Shown piece after piece: positions 14,049 through 24,836 of a stretch of 32,000 bases of DNA. The position numbers were made by a program, and so were the translations under genes. The stretch comes from an uncultured Gammaproteobacteria bacterium (GTDB lineage: Bacteria; Patescibacteriota; Patescibacteriia; UBA2591; UBA6264), in NCBI GenBank assembly GCA_964507075.1, contig CAZDOL010000006.1, positions 1-32,000 on the forward strand. Reading direction: 5' to 3'. Numbering within the stretch: position 1 is the first letter of the stretch; every line of letters starts with the position of its first letter. The notes beneath the pieces were generated by a model that was given only the letters and a program-made list of their open reading frames with translations, did no database searches and was not told the origin of the DNA.

Positions 14049-16211
14049 TTATAAGTCATTATTATTTGTTCGCTCTTCTGGCTCTCCTTCTTCTTCATAT
14101 GGTTTTTTATAAACATCGCGAGGCTTTGCTCCATCTGCTGGACCAATAGTGCCCTCTTCTTCCAATAAATCTAAAAGGCGCGCTGCTCGGGCGTAACCAA
14201 CCCTTAACCTTCTCTGTAAAAAAGAAGCTGAAGCTTTGCCAGCTCTAATAATTATTTCTCTGGCCTGAGGTAATAATTCATCTTCCTGTAAATCCCCAAA
14301 TTTACCACTGCCACCCAAAGAAGAATGCGATTCAATAATGCCATCTTCATAATTAGGTTCAGCAATATTTTTTAAATAATCAACTATTCCTTTAATCTCT
14401 TCGTCGGAAACATAAGCTCCTTGTATTCTCTTAGGTTTAGATAATTCAGCGTAAGTGAAAAGCATATCTCCCCTGCCCAATAACTTTTCCGCTCCAGAGA
14501 AATCTAAAATTGTACGAGAATCAGCACCAGAAACAACTGAAAAAGCTACCCGAGCTGTAATGTTGGCTTTTATCAAACCAGTGATAACATCAACTGATGG
14601 CCTTTGGGTAGCCATAATTAAATGAATGCCAATAGCTCGCGCCATTTGAGCTAACCTAATAATGCAGGCCTCCATATCTTGAGCAGCCACAGACATTAAG
14701 TCAGCTAATTCATCAACAATGATTACAATATATGGCAATTTATTATCAGGATGAGCATCATTATAACTAGAAATGTCTCTCTTCTTGGCCTCAGACAAAA
14801 CATCAAACCTTCGGTCCATCTCACCAATAGCCCATTTAAGGGCATTAATAGTCTTTGTAATGTCTGTAATAACTGGAGTTAATAAATGAGGCAATCCATT
14901 ATAAAGAGTCAATTCCACTCGTTTGGGGTCAATAAAGATAAATTTTAAGTCATCAATGGAATTCTGATAAAGCAAGCTAATGATAATCGTATTTAAAAAT
15001 ATAGTTTTACCAGAACCAGTTGCACCTGCAACCAATAAATGAGGCATGCGAGATAAATCAGCCAAGCAAATATCTCCCGCTACATTTCTTCCTAAAGCCA
15101 AAGTCAAATTATTCTTTCTTTGTTTGAAACCACTGCTACCTAAAATCTCTCTTAAGCGGATAATGGCTGTTTTTTGGTTAGGAACTTCAATTCCAACCAA
15201 TGATTTGCCTGGAATAGGAGCTTCAATACGAATAGGATGGGCAGCTAACGCTAAAGCCAAATCATTGCTCAGGCTGGTAATTTGGGAAAGCTTTACTCCT
15301 TCTGCTGGCTTAAGAGTATATTGAGTAACAGTAGGTCCGACTTTTATTTCTCTCATTTCCACTGGAATTGAAAAATTTTCCAAAGTTCTTCTAATAATAG
15401 AAGCATTTAATTTTGTATCGCCTCCTTGAGCTTTAGTGGAATCACTTTCTAATAAATTAAGGGGAAGGTCAACCTTGTGAAAACTTTTAGGAGAAGGAAC
15501 TGTTATTTCTAAATTCTCTTTTTCAACGTGATATGATTTTTCAGACAATTTAGAATCAGCAGCTGCTATTTCTTCAGATATTCTTTTTATGGGAGAGAAA
15601 AGCTTTCCACAAAATTTCCTTTTAGGCCTTTCCTCAACCTCTATTATTTCTTCCTGTTCTTCCTCTGCTTCTTCTTGAACTCCTTTAGGAAGAGGATTCT
15701 TTAAAAATTTAATTTTTATCAAACCCTCAAAAATAATGATTAAAGTTACTAAAAAAATACAGATAAAAATCAATGTCGTGGCCAAAATTCCAAAAGTATT
15801 TACCAAAAAATAGCTAAAAGCATAACCAATATAGCCACCTCCCTTGTTCGCGCTTAAAGCAGTTGAGTCAGAAACAAAATTAAGATGCATAAAACTCGCA
15901 CAAATCAAAAGTAATAAAAACAAACTAAGAACTCGGGTGCTAAACTTTCGCTGTTTCTCTTGAATTTTAAAATAATTTAAAAATAAATAAGCAAGTATTA
16001 ACAAAAATACTGGAACTATCCAGCCCACCCAACCAAACAGAAAAAGAAGTCCTTGAGCTAAAAAATTTCCCACTAAACCAGCTGCATTCAATAATCCCAG
16101 AAATAAAATAACCGCTAAAGTAATTAAAACAATAGCGATAATCAAATTCTGAGATTTGGATTTATTCTTTTTGACTTTAACTGACTTTTTTCTTACTTTA
16201 GGGCGAGACAT
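14049..16211 (-). CDS. ftsK: DNA translocase FtsK/SpoIIIE
   Basis: N-terminal TM segments, Walker A GATGSGKT, Walker B IVIIVDELADL, and a C-terminal gamma wHTH (SASFLQRRLRVGYARAARLLDLLEEEG). Confidence 0.95.
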   Translation of the reverse strand: MSRPKVRKKSVKVKKNKSKSQNLIIAIVLITLAVILFLGLLNAAGLVGNFLAQGLLFLFGWVGWIVPVFLLILAYLFLNYFKIQEKQRKFSTRVLSLFLLLLICASFMHLNFVSDSTALSANKGGGYIGYAFSYFLVNTFGILATTLIFICIFLVTLIIIFEGLIKIKFLKNPLPKGVQEEAEEEQEEIIEVEERPKRKFCGKLFSPIKRISEEIAAADSKLSEKSYHVEKENLEITVPSPKSFHKVDLPLNLLESDSTKAQGGDTKLNASIIRRTLENFSIPVEMREIKVGPTVTQYTLKPAEGVKLSQITSLSNDLALALAAHPIRIEAPIPGKSLVGIEVPNQKTAIIRLREILGSSGFKQRKNNLTLALGRNVAGDICLADLSRMPHLLVAGATGSGKTIFLNTIIISLLYQNSIDDLKFIFIDPKRVELTLYNGLPHLLTPVITDITKTINALKWAIGEMDRRFDVLSEAKKRDISSYNDAHPDNKLPYIVIIVDELADLMSVAAQDMEACIIRLAQMARAIGIHLIMATQRPSVDVITGLIKANITARVAFSVVSGADSRTILDFSGAEKLLGRGDMLFTYAELSKPKRIQGAYVSDEEIKGIVDYLKNIAEPNYEDGIIESHSSLGGSGKFGDLQEDELLPQAREIIIRAGKASASFLQRRLRVGYARAARLLDLLEEEGTIGPADGAKPRDVYKKPYEEEGEPEERTNNNDL

Positions 16212-16224
16212 AATGCAAAATTAT

Positions 16225-16249
16225 AATTCCTAATTTCTAATTCCTAATT
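16225..16249. repeat. Heptamer repeat (AATTYCT on +, AGRAATT on -) x3.5 just upstream of the ftsK start codon
   Basis: AATTCCT AATTTCT AATTCCT AATT. An 18-mer, CTAATTTCTAATTCCTAA (16230-16247), recurs at 31688-31705. Confidence 0.85.
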
Positions 16250-16317
16250 AAAACGAGGTTTCAAGGGGTTAACAAAAACGGACAATCCCCTTTTTGCAAT
16301 TATAATGATAACATTTT

Positions 16318-19300
16318 TTAGTCTCTTAATCCAGTGCCCGCGGGGATAAGACGACCAACAATAACATTTTCTTTTAGACCTCGCAAATAATCAGAATGCC
16401 CATTAATCGCTGCATTAACCAAAACTCGAGATGTCTCTTGGAAAGATGCAGCTGAAAGCCAACTGTCTGTAGAAAGAGAAATTTTAGTAATACCTAATAA
16501 TAATTCCCTTGCTATGGCTTTTTTACAAGAAGAATCTTTTAAACTTTTATTAGCATCTAATAAATAACCCTTTGGAACAATTTCTCCGGGCAAAAGATCT
16601 GTGTCTCCCCCATCTTCAACAAAACAACGAGAAAACATTTGGCGAATAATCATTTCCACGTGCTTGTCATTTAAATGCTGACCCTGAGAAGAATAAATAT
16701 GTTGAACCTCGCGCAAAATATATTTTTCCACTTCTCTTTTTCCACGAAGTCGATGAAGCTCATGTAAATCCAAACTACCATCTGTAAGCTGTTCTCCGGC
16801 TTTAACTTTGGCATTGTTTTCCACCCAAATACTACGATTGGTGGCATCAAATTCCACTTCTTCGTCAACACTATAAATAACAGTAATATTTCCTTTGTTG
16901 TCTATTTTGACTTGTCCTGCATTCTTTGCTAATATTTTCTTTTTGTCTTGAATAGCCAAAATTTCTTTCTTTTTTATTTTTTGGCCATCTTTAACCTTAA
17001 TTTCCCACTTTTTTTCCTTATCGTTGCGATGAATTTCTTTTTTATCAACCTCACATTTAATAATAATTTTCCTCTCTTGATCGTTATCAACCACTAGAGC
17101 TTTCCCGTCTGCGGGCGATAAAAGTGCTTGACCTTTACCAGAACGGACCTCAAAAAGCTCTTCCACTCGAGGCAAACCCTGAGTAATGTCAGTTTCAGCC
17201 ACACCTCCAGTATGAAAAGTACGGAGAGTGAGCTGCGTTCCTGGTTCTCCTATGCTTTGAGCGGCAACAATGCCTACTGGAGTCCCAATCTTAACGGGCT
17301 TATTATAGGCCAAATCATATCCATAACACTTAGCGCAAGTTCCCCTATGACTTTTACAGGTTAAAACTGAATGAATTGAAAATTCAGAAGGATTAATTTT
17401 ATTGATAATCCGAGCTTTTTCCCGAGTTATAATTTCATCTGATTTAATAATAATTTTTTTGGTTTGAGGATCTTTTAAGGTTTGGGCTGAGGTTCGTCCA
17501 AATAAACGGTTTTCCCATGTTTCCACCATCTCCTCATTATCTTCTTTTGTTAAACGTAAACCTTGGCTTTCTCCACAATCCTTTTCCACCACCAGTAAAT
17601 CTTGACAAACATCTACCATACGACGAGTTAAATATCCTGCTTTAGCTGTTCGCAAAGCCGTGTCTGAAGAACCTTTGCGAGAACCGTGTGAAGAAATAAA
17701 ATACTCTAAAGTATTATACCCCTCTTTTAAAGAAGACTTAATGGGTAGTTCAATTAATTTTCCACTTGGAGAACGAACAATACCCCTCATTCCCACCATT
17801 TGTACAAACTGCGACCATGAGCCACGCGCCCCTGATTCAACCATAGAAAATACTGAACTAAAAATAGGCTTATTTTCTTTAACTGACTCTGTAACTCTAT
17901 CCTTGGCATCAATCCAGGCTTCTATTGTTTTTAAATAACGTTCGTCTTCAGCCAAAAGTCCCATTTCATATTGAGAACTTATCTCTTTGACTCGTTTCTC
18001 TGTTTCCTGAATAATTTCATCTTTAGCTTTAATAGTAGGTAAATCATTCATTCCAAAAGAAAGCCCTGATTTTGTTAAATAACTAAATCCGTATTCTTTT
18101 ACTTTGTCTAAAATTTTTACTACTTCCTTTGAATTACCTTGATCTATGGCTTCGGTTATAATTTTTCCCAATTCTTTGCCATCAACTGTCTTATCCATAT
18201 CATAAAGTCCAGGAAGAAGAATAGAATTAAAAATCATTCTACCAACGCTAACTTCTCTAATTTTTTCGCCAACCCTAACTTTTATTTTTTCCTGTAAATC
18301 AATTTTACCTAATTCATAAGCCAACACAGCTTCTTGTTCAGAGGAAAAAACATGCATTTTTTCTTTTTTACCCTCTTTTAAAAAGGTCATATAATATATT
18401 CCCCAAACCATATCTTTTGTGGGGGTAACTACCGAACTGCCAGTAGCAGGTTTTAATAAATTATTGGTGGATAAAATAATATCTTTTACCTCCTTTTTGG
18501 CCATATCAGTAATAGGAACATGGACCGACATTGTGTCTCCATCAAAATCAGCATTAAAAGCAGTACAAACTAAAGGATGAATTTGAATAGCTTTTCCTTC
18601 CACCAAAACTGGCCTAAATCCTTGAATTCCCAGACGATGTAAGGTTGGCGCACGATTTAATAAAACATAAGATTTTTCGATAATTTCTTCTAAAATCGCC
18701 CAAACATCTTCTGTTTTCTGCTCAATAATTCTATTAGCGCTACGCACATTATGTACCAATCCTCTTTCAATTAGTTTAGAGGCAATAAAGGGCTTAAATA
18801 ATTCAATTGCCATTATTTTGGGAAGTCCGCATTGGTCAAGTTTCAACTTTGGTCCAACCACAATTACTGACCGACCAGAATAATCTACTCTTTTTCCTAA
18901 TAAATTCTGACGAAATCTGCCTTGTTTGCCTTTAAGGATATCAGCCAATGATTTCAAGGAACGACGCTGACCAGTAGAAGAAAGAACTGTTTTCCCAGAC
19001 CGCATATTATTGTCAAATAAAGCATCTACTGCCTCCTGAAGCATTCTTTTTTCGTTGCGTAAAATAACTTCTGGAGCTTTTAACTCATAAAGCCTTTTCA
19101 AACGATTATTACGATTGATAATCCGACGATATAAATCATTTAAATCTGAAGAAGCAAACCGACCACCATCAAGGGGAACTAAGGGTCGCAATTCGGGTGG
19201 AACAACCGGAATCACACTTAATACCATATCTTCGGGCTTGATTTTGTTGGAAATAAAACTACGAATATATTTTATTCTCTGAACCGCCTTTTTTCTTTTA

Positions 19301-20088
19301 ACTAAATCAGTAATAGTATTTTTCTTTTTTTCTAAATCTTTAATCATTTTTCCTATGTCAGCCTGAGCTAATAATTTAAAAATTGCCTCCGCGCCAATAT
19401 CAGCACTGAATATATGACCATATTTCAAAGAAAGCTCCCGATATTCAAATTCCGTTAACAACCTTTTTTCTTCTAAATCCATTATTTCTTTTTTTGTTTC
19501 TTTGTATTTGGTTCCTAATGCCAAGATATCATCATCTTCTGTTTTATTGCTCATTAATTCTTTTCTCTTTGTTTTATATTCTTTTTCCAGATTCTCAAGA
19601 AGTTCCTTTTTCAAATTCTGATGGACTTCAGTAATAATAAAATTAGCAAAATAAATTACTTTTTCCAAAGACTGAATGGATACTTGTAAAATCAGCCCTA
19701 TTTTAGAGGGCAAACTGCGTAAAAACCAAATATGAGTTACTGGCGCTGCTAAATCAATATGGCCGAATCTTTCTCTCCTGACTAAACTACGAGTCACTTC
19801 TACTCCGCAACGATCACAGACAATTCCTTTGTAACGCAATTTTTTATATTTTCCGCAAGCGCATTGCCAATCTTTAACTGGACCAAAAATTTTCTGACAA
19901 AACAAACCATCTCGCTCTGGCTTACGACTGCGATAATTAATAGTTTCTGGTTTAGTAACCTCACCATGCGACCAAGATTTAATCTGTTCAGTTGACGCTA
20001 AACTCATGCGAATCTCGTCAAAATCATGAGGTTTCCTTTGTTTAGTGTCATGTAACACTAAAGTTGAAATTGTAGATGGATTAGCCAT
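16318..20088 (-). CDS. rpoC: DNA-directed RNA polymerase subunit beta-prime
   Basis: 1256 aa with the catalytic NADFDGD motif (AFNADFDGDTMSVH) and an N-terminal zinc-binding cysteine cluster. Confidence 0.98.
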   Translation of the reverse strand: MANPSTISTLVLHDTKQRKPHDFDEIRMSLASTEQIKSWSHGEVTKPETINYRSRKPERDGLFCQKIFGPVKDWQCACGKYKKLRYKGIVCDRCGVEVTRSLVRRERFGHIDLAAPVTHIWFLRSLPSKIGLILQVSIQSLEKVIYFANFIITEVHQNLKKELLENLEKEYKTKRKELMSNKTEDDDILALGTKYKETKKEIMDLEEKRLLTEFEYRELSLKYGHIFSADIGAEAIFKLLAQADIGKMIKDLEKKKNTITDLVKRKKAVQRIKYIRSFISNKIKPEDMVLSVIPVVPPELRPLVPLDGGRFASSDLNDLYRRIINRNNRLKRLYELKAPEVILRNEKRMLQEAVDALFDNNMRSGKTVLSSTGQRRSLKSLADILKGKQGRFRQNLLGKRVDYSGRSVIVVGPKLKLDQCGLPKIMAIELFKPFIASKLIERGLVHNVRSANRIIEQKTEDVWAILEEIIEKSYVLLNRAPTLHRLGIQGFRPVLVEGKAIQIHPLVCTAFNADFDGDTMSVHVPITDMAKKEVKDIILSTNNLLKPATGSSVVTPTKDMVWGIYYMTFLKEGKKEKMHVFSSEQEAVLAYELGKIDLQEKIKVRVGEKIREVSVGRMIFNSILLPGLYDMDKTVDGKELGKIITEAIDQGNSKEVVKILDKVKEYGFSYLTKSGLSFGMNDLPTIKAKDEIIQETEKRVKEISSQYEMGLLAEDERYLKTIEAWIDAKDRVTESVKENKPIFSSVFSMVESGARGSWSQFVQMVGMRGIVRSPSGKLIELPIKSSLKEGYNTLEYFISSHGSRKGSSDTALRTAKAGYLTRRMVDVCQDLLVVEKDCGESQGLRLTKEDNEEMVETWENRLFGRTSAQTLKDPQTKKIIIKSDEIITREKARIINKINPSEFSIHSVLTCKSHRGTCAKCYGYDLAYNKPVKIGTPVGIVAAQSIGEPGTQLTLRTFHTGGVAETDITQGLPRVEELFEVRSGKGQALLSPADGKALVVDNDQERKIIIKCEVDKKEIHRNDKEKKWEIKVKDGQKIKKKEILAIQDKKKILAKNAGQVKIDNKGNITVIYSVDEEVEFDATNRSIWVENNAKVKAGEQLTDGSLDLHELHRLRGKREVEKYILREVQHIYSSQGQHLNDKHVEMIIRQMFSRCFVEDGGDTDLLPGEIVPKGYLLDANKSLKDSSCKKAIARELLLGITKISLSTDSWLSAASFQETSRVLVNAAINGHSDYLRGLKENVIVGRLIPAGTGLRD

Positions 20089-20117
20089 ATATTTAATTAT
20101 TAATCATCGATCATTAA

Positions 20118-23100
20118 TCATTTTATTTTTCTTCCGTTTTTAATCATTTCAATATTCAAACAAAGACCTTTTAACTCTCGGATCAAAACATTAAACGACT
20201 CAGGAACATTAATTTCTTTTACCATATCACCCTTAATAATGGATTCGTAAGCTTTTGTGCGCCCAATCACATCGTCAGATTTAATGGTTAACATCTCCTG
20301 TAAAGTATAAGCAGCGCCATATCCTTCCAGAGCCCAAACCTCCATTTCCCCAAATCTTTGTCCGCCAAATTGTGCTTTCCCGCCTAAAGGCTGTTGGGTG
20401 ATAAGAGAATAAGGGCCAATAGAACGCTGATGAATTTTATCTTCCACTAAATGATTCAATTTTAAAGCATAAATATAGCCGACTGTAGTTTTATTTTTAA
20501 ATTTTTCTCCAGTTTTCCCGTCATAAAGATACATTTTGCCATCAGCTGAATAGCCTGCTTTAACTAACTCTTTACTAATCTCTTCTTCTGTGACTCCATT
20601 TAAAACTGGAGTAGCTGCCCTATAATTTAATTTTTTGGCAGCTAATCCTAAATGAGTTTCTAAAATCTGCCCAATATTCATACGAGAGACAACGCCCAAA
20701 GGGTTAAGAATAATATCAATCACTTGACCATCATCCAAATAAGGCATATCTTCTTGTGGAACAATTTTAGATACCACTCCTTTATTGCCATGGCGACCAG
20801 ACATTTTGTCTCCAACCTGAATCTTCCTTAAATCAGCAACTAGGATTTGAATAGATCTAATTACGCCTGGTTGTAATTTGTCACCATTTTCTCTAGAAAA
20901 TATTTTAATTCCTATGACTTTACCATGTTCGCCGTGTTCAAGGTAAAGAGAAGAATCGCGAATATCTTGAGCTTTCTCGCCAAAAATCGCCTTTAAAAGT
21001 TTTTCTTCTGCTGTTAACTCTGCTTCGCCACGAGGAGTAATTTTGCCAACCAAAATGTCTCCTGATTTTACTTCTGCACCAATTCTAATAATTCCCTCTT
21101 CATCTAGATCTTTTAATTTTACTTCACTGACGTTGGGAATGTCACGGGTAGTCATTTCCAGACCAAACTTTGTTTCGCGAATATCAATCGTATGCTCATC
21201 AATGTGCAAAGAGCTAAATTTATCATTTTGCACCAAACGAGAAGACAGCAAAATAGCATCTTCAAAATTTCCCCCCTCCCAAGACATAAAGGCGCAAAGA
21301 ACATTATGACCCAAAGCTAACTCACCATTTTCCATTGAGGCCCCTTCAACTAAAATATCTCCTGCTTTAAATTTCTCTCCCATAGCAACCACCGGTTGTT
21401 GATTAAAACAAGTATTAAAATTAGAACGATCGTATTTTTTTAAACTGTAATTCTGACTAAGACCTGATTTATAGCGCAAAACAATATGAGCAGAATCAAC
21501 TTCCATGACCTTTCCGTCTTCAGGAGCTTCAAGTAAATGACCAGAATCCCGAGCCGCCCTACCCTCAACGCCAGTACCAACCAAAGGAGTATCTGGTTTA
21601 ATTAATGGAACAGCTTGACGTTGCATATTACTGCCCATTAAAGCTCGAACCCCATCATCATGTTCTAAGAAAGGAATAAGTGCAGTAGCCACGCTCACAA
21701 TCTGATTAGCAGCTATGTCAGTAAATTCAACTTCACTTGTTTTACAAAAACCAGGATGACCATAAATCCGAGCCTCTACAGTGTTATTAATAATCTTATT
21801 GTTTTTATCAATAGCCGACGTAAAAGGCATTAAAATATGTTCTTCTTCTTCAAATGCATTTAAAAAAGTAATTTCCTTGGTTATTTTTCCTTTAATTACT
21901 TTATAGTAGGGGGTTTCAATAAACCCATATTCATTTAAACGCGAATAGCAAGCTAAATAATTAACCAAACCAACGTTTGGTCCTTCTGGGGTAGCAATAG
22001 GACAAATCTTGCCATAATAAGTTCTGTGCACATCACGCACTTCAAATCCAGCCCTCTCCCTAGATAAACCACCAGGACCAACAACAGTTAATCTTCTTTT
22101 ATGCTCTAATTCAGAAAGTATGTTGGTTTGATCCATGAATTGAGAGAGCTGAGAAGACATAAAAAATTCTCTAATTACTCCCACAATTGGCTTAATATTT
22201 ATCAATTGTGCTGGTCCGTATTTTTTAGACTCAATAAGACCCATTCTGTCGCGAACAATCCTTTGTACCCTTAACATCCCCACTCTCATCCTATTTTGTA
22301 CTAATTCCCCAATAGCCCTCACCCTACGATTAGATAAATGGTCAATATCATCCGCAGGAGTTTGTCTAACATTGAGTCTAATCAATTCACTTATAATGGC
22401 TTTAAGATCTTCTGGCCTGATAGTGCGCTTGGTTATCTTGGGATCTAAATGAAGGCGCTGACTCAATTTATATCTTCCCACTTTACTGAGATCATAACGG
22501 CTATAATTGAAAAACATAGCATATATTAAAGACCTAGCATTATCAGCAGTTGCCAAATCTCCTGGTCTAATTTTACGATAAACCTCAATTAAACCTCCGT
22601 CTTCTGAGGCCGAAGGATCTTTATCTAAGGTATTCTGGACATATTTGCTATTTATAATTTCTTTGTCTCTTTTGAATAAATCCAAAATTTCCTTATCTGA
22701 GCCAAAACCAAAAACTCGCAAGAGCGCAGTAGCGGGAATTTTCCTTTGGCGATCAATTCTTACCCAAATTATTCCCTTGGTGTCGGTTTCAAACTCCAGC
22801 CAAGCTCCTCTATCAGGAATAACCTTGGCACTATAATAAAATCGACCCTTAAGACGAGTACGAGCAAAAATAATACCAGGCGATCTAATTAATTGCTGAA
22901 TAATAACCCTTTCAATCCCATTAATAATTAAAGTCCCCTTGTCAGTCATCAAGGGGATGTCTCCAAAATAAACATCTTGTTCTATTTTCTTGCCTGTTTT
23001 TTTGTTAATTAAACGCACCTTTACTGTTAAAGGTGCTTCATATGTTAAATTTCTATTTTTACTAATAATTTGATCAAATTTTGGATTCCCCAAAGAACAA

Positions 23101-23288
23101 TTTAAAAAATGTAATTCAAAATTTTTGCCAATCAGGTCTTCAATCGGCGAAAATTCTTTTATTAATTCTCCTATTCCTTGATTTAAAAACCAATCATATG
23201 ATAATTTCTGGTTTTTGGTCAAATCTGGCAAAGTGGCATTAGAATTAATGGTAGCTTTTGAAAAAAATTTACGTTTTTGAGAAAACAT
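20118..23288 (-). CDS. rpoB: DNA-directed RNA polymerase subunit beta
   Basis: 1056 aa with GDKMSGRHGNKGVVS and PFMSSQLSQFMDQTN-type motifs. It lies directly upstream of rpoC. Confidence 0.98.
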   Translation of the reverse strand: MFSQKRKFFSKATINSNATLPDLTKNQKLSYDWFLNQGIGELIKEFSPIEDLIGKNFELHFLNCSLGNPKFDQIISKNRNLTYEAPLTVKVRLINKKTGKKIEQDVYFGDIPLMTDKGTLIINGIERVIIQQLIRSPGIIFARTRLKGRFYYSAKVIPDRGAWLEFETDTKGIIWVRIDRQRKIPATALLRVFGFGSDKEILDLFKRDKEIINSKYVQNTLDKDPSASEDGGLIEVYRKIRPGDLATADNARSLIYAMFFNYSRYDLSKVGRYKLSQRLHLDPKITKRTIRPEDLKAIISELIRLNVRQTPADDIDHLSNRRVRAIGELVQNRMRVGMLRVQRIVRDRMGLIESKKYGPAQLINIKPIVGVIREFFMSSQLSQFMDQTNILSELEHKRRLTVVGPGGLSRERAGFEVRDVHRTYYGKICPIATPEGPNVGLVNYLACYSRLNEYGFIETPYYKVIKGKITKEITFLNAFEEEEHILMPFTSAIDKNNKIINNTVEARIYGHPGFCKTSEVEFTDIAANQIVSVATALIPFLEHDDGVRALMGSNMQRQAVPLIKPDTPLVGTGVEGRAARDSGHLLEAPEDGKVMEVDSAHIVLRYKSGLSQNYSLKKYDRSNFNTCFNQQPVVAMGEKFKAGDILVEGASMENGELALGHNVLCAFMSWEGGNFEDAILLSSRLVQNDKFSSLHIDEHTIDIRETKFGLEMTTRDIPNVSEVKLKDLDEEGIIRIGAEVKSGDILVGKITPRGEAELTAEEKLLKAIFGEKAQDIRDSSLYLEHGEHGKVIGIKIFSRENGDKLQPGVIRSIQILVADLRKIQVGDKMSGRHGNKGVVSKIVPQEDMPYLDDGQVIDIILNPLGVVSRMNIGQILETHLGLAAKKLNYRAATPVLNGVTEEEISKELVKAGYSADGKMYLYDGKTGEKFKNKTTVGYIYALKLNHLVEDKIHQRSIGPYSLITQQPLGGKAQFGGQRFGEMEVWALEGYGAAYTLQEMLTIKSDDVIGRTKAYESIIKGDMVKEINVPESFNVLIRELKGLCLNIEMIKNGRKIK

Positions 23289-23434
23289 ATAGCAAAAGGC
23301 ACTAAAAATTCCCTCAGAAAAAAATCTGAGAGCTTATTATTTTAAAATTGAATCAAATTTATAAACAAAATGAAAAAATTAAATAGCTCTAATAAAAAAA
23401 ACAATTATAAACGAAATTGTTTTTGTTATTGTGA

Positions 23435-23463
23435 ATAATAACTGAAAAATACGAATTTGTCAA
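23435..23463 (-). promoter_or_regulatory. Sigma70-type promoter for rpoBC
   Basis: On the - strand: TTGACA (23463-23458), a 17-nt spacer, then TATTAT (23440-23435). An AT-rich 8-10 bp hairpin (23399-23422) follows in the leader. Confidence 0.5.
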
Positions 23464-23478
23464 ACATTTTCCTTTAAA

Positions 23479-24813
23479 TTATCCACAAGTTATCCCCATA
23501 TCCATTAAAAATTCCTTAACTATTTTTCTGTCATCCCAAGCTATTTTTTGTCCATTTGGACCCATAATCCAGGGTTCAGACCCCTTGCCTGTAATAACCA
23601 CAACATCCCCTTTTCGAGCCATAGCTAAAGCTTTTTTAATTGCTTCTCCTCTGTTAATAATTTTTTGAAATTTTTTGCTCTTAACGCCAGAAACTATTTG
23701 ATTGATAATTTCATTTGGGTCTTCATTGTAAGGGTCTTCATTGGTGACAATAATCTTATCACAATATTTTTCAGCAATAGCTCCCAAGAGAGGTCTCTTT
23801 TGTTTGTCCCTTCCTCCCCCAGCTGAACCAAGGACACAGATTAATTGTTGATTATTGGTTGTTAATTCTTGATTTCTAAGGGTTTGATATACTTTTTCTA
23901 AAGAATCTGGGGTATGAGCATAATCAACAATAACTTGGAAAGGATAGTTAACCATAACTTCCATTCTGCCAGGAATTGTTTTAATTTTAGATAAAGCCTG
24001 CTTGCAAATGTTTAAATTTATTCCCTGTGACAAGACAAAACAAATTGCGCTTAAGCTGTTATAGATATTAAATTTGCTCAATAAATTTAATGTAAACCCT
24101 AAACCCTGAACTGTAAACTTTGACCCCTTTGAATTTAATCTTATATCCTCTGCTTTAATAACTTTCAAATTTTGTCCAAGGTTTAATGTTTCTCGTTTAA
24201 AGTTTATTCCGTATCCATATTCTTTGTCAAATTCAAAATCTAAAAAATAAGAACTGTTCTTGTCATCTAAATTAACGATATTAACTTTTGGGATAATTCG
24301 GTCCTTGATTGTTTTACGACATCTTTGGCTTATGTGTTGAAAAAGTTTTTGTTTTGCTTGGCGATATTTTTCAAAACTTCCATGCGATTCAATGTGCTCT
24401 GGCGATAAATTAGTAAAAATACCAATATCATAATTGATACCCAAATGTCTACATTGACTAACGCCCTGAGAAGTTGTTTCTATTATGGCATATTCACACC
24501 TATTCTGAAGCATTTTTCTTAAAAATTTTTGCAAAGAGAAACGACCTAACATAGTCATTTTTCTTTTATTGATAAACTCTTTCCCGGCAATCTTAAAATT
24601 AAATGTAGTGGTTAACCCTACTCTATGTCCTGCTTCTTCTAAAATTTGACAAATTAAATTAGCAACCGTAGATTTGCCAGCCGTACCTGTAATGCCAATC
24701 ACAATCATGTGACGACTTGGATAGCCGTAAACAAAAGCTGCTAAATGAGCCAAAAACCAGTGATAAAATTGCCAGAAAGGCCTAGGAATTATTTTTTTTA
24801 ATATTCTCTTCAT
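23479..24813 (-). CDS. Mur ligase family protein (MurE-like UDP-MurNAc-peptide ligase)
   Basis: P-loop GITGTAGKST, then ETTSQG...FTNLSPEHIESHGSFEKYRQAKQKLF, and the C-terminal domain motif NEDPYNEDP. The N-terminus is hydrophobic rather than a canonical MurE domain 1. Confidence 0.7.
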   Translation of the reverse strand: MKRILKKIIPRPFWQFYHWFLAHLAAFVYGYPSRHMIVIGITGTAGKSTVANLICQILEEAGHRVGLTTTFNFKIAGKEFINKRKMTMLGRFSLQKFLRKMLQNRCEYAIIETTSQGVSQCRHLGINYDIGIFTNLSPEHIESHGSFEKYRQAKQKLFQHISQRCRKTIKDRIIPKVNIVNLDDKNSSYFLDFEFDKEYGYGINFKRETLNLGQNLKVIKAEDIRLNSKGSKFTVQGLGFTLNLLSKFNIYNSLSAICFVLSQGINLNICKQALSKIKTIPGRMEVMVNYPFQVIVDYAHTPDSLEKVYQTLRNQELTTNNQQLICVLGSAGGGRDKQKRPLLGAIAEKYCDKIIVTNEDPYNEDPNEIINQIVSGVKSKKFQKIINRGEAIKKALAMARKGDVVVITGKGSEPWIMGPNGQKIAWDDRKIVKEFLMDMGITCG

Positions 24814-24836
24814 TTATGTCTCGCTAAATTTTCAAT

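Noticed and set aside
16263-16292. AAGGGG ... CCCCTT stem with a degenerate GGACAATCCCC motif after rpoC, considered as a terminator
   Set aside because: On the - strand, which is the rpoC sense strand, the 6-bp stem encloses an 18-nt loop and is not followed by a T-run. It is too weak to call and is probably a decayed copy of the GGGGAC motif.
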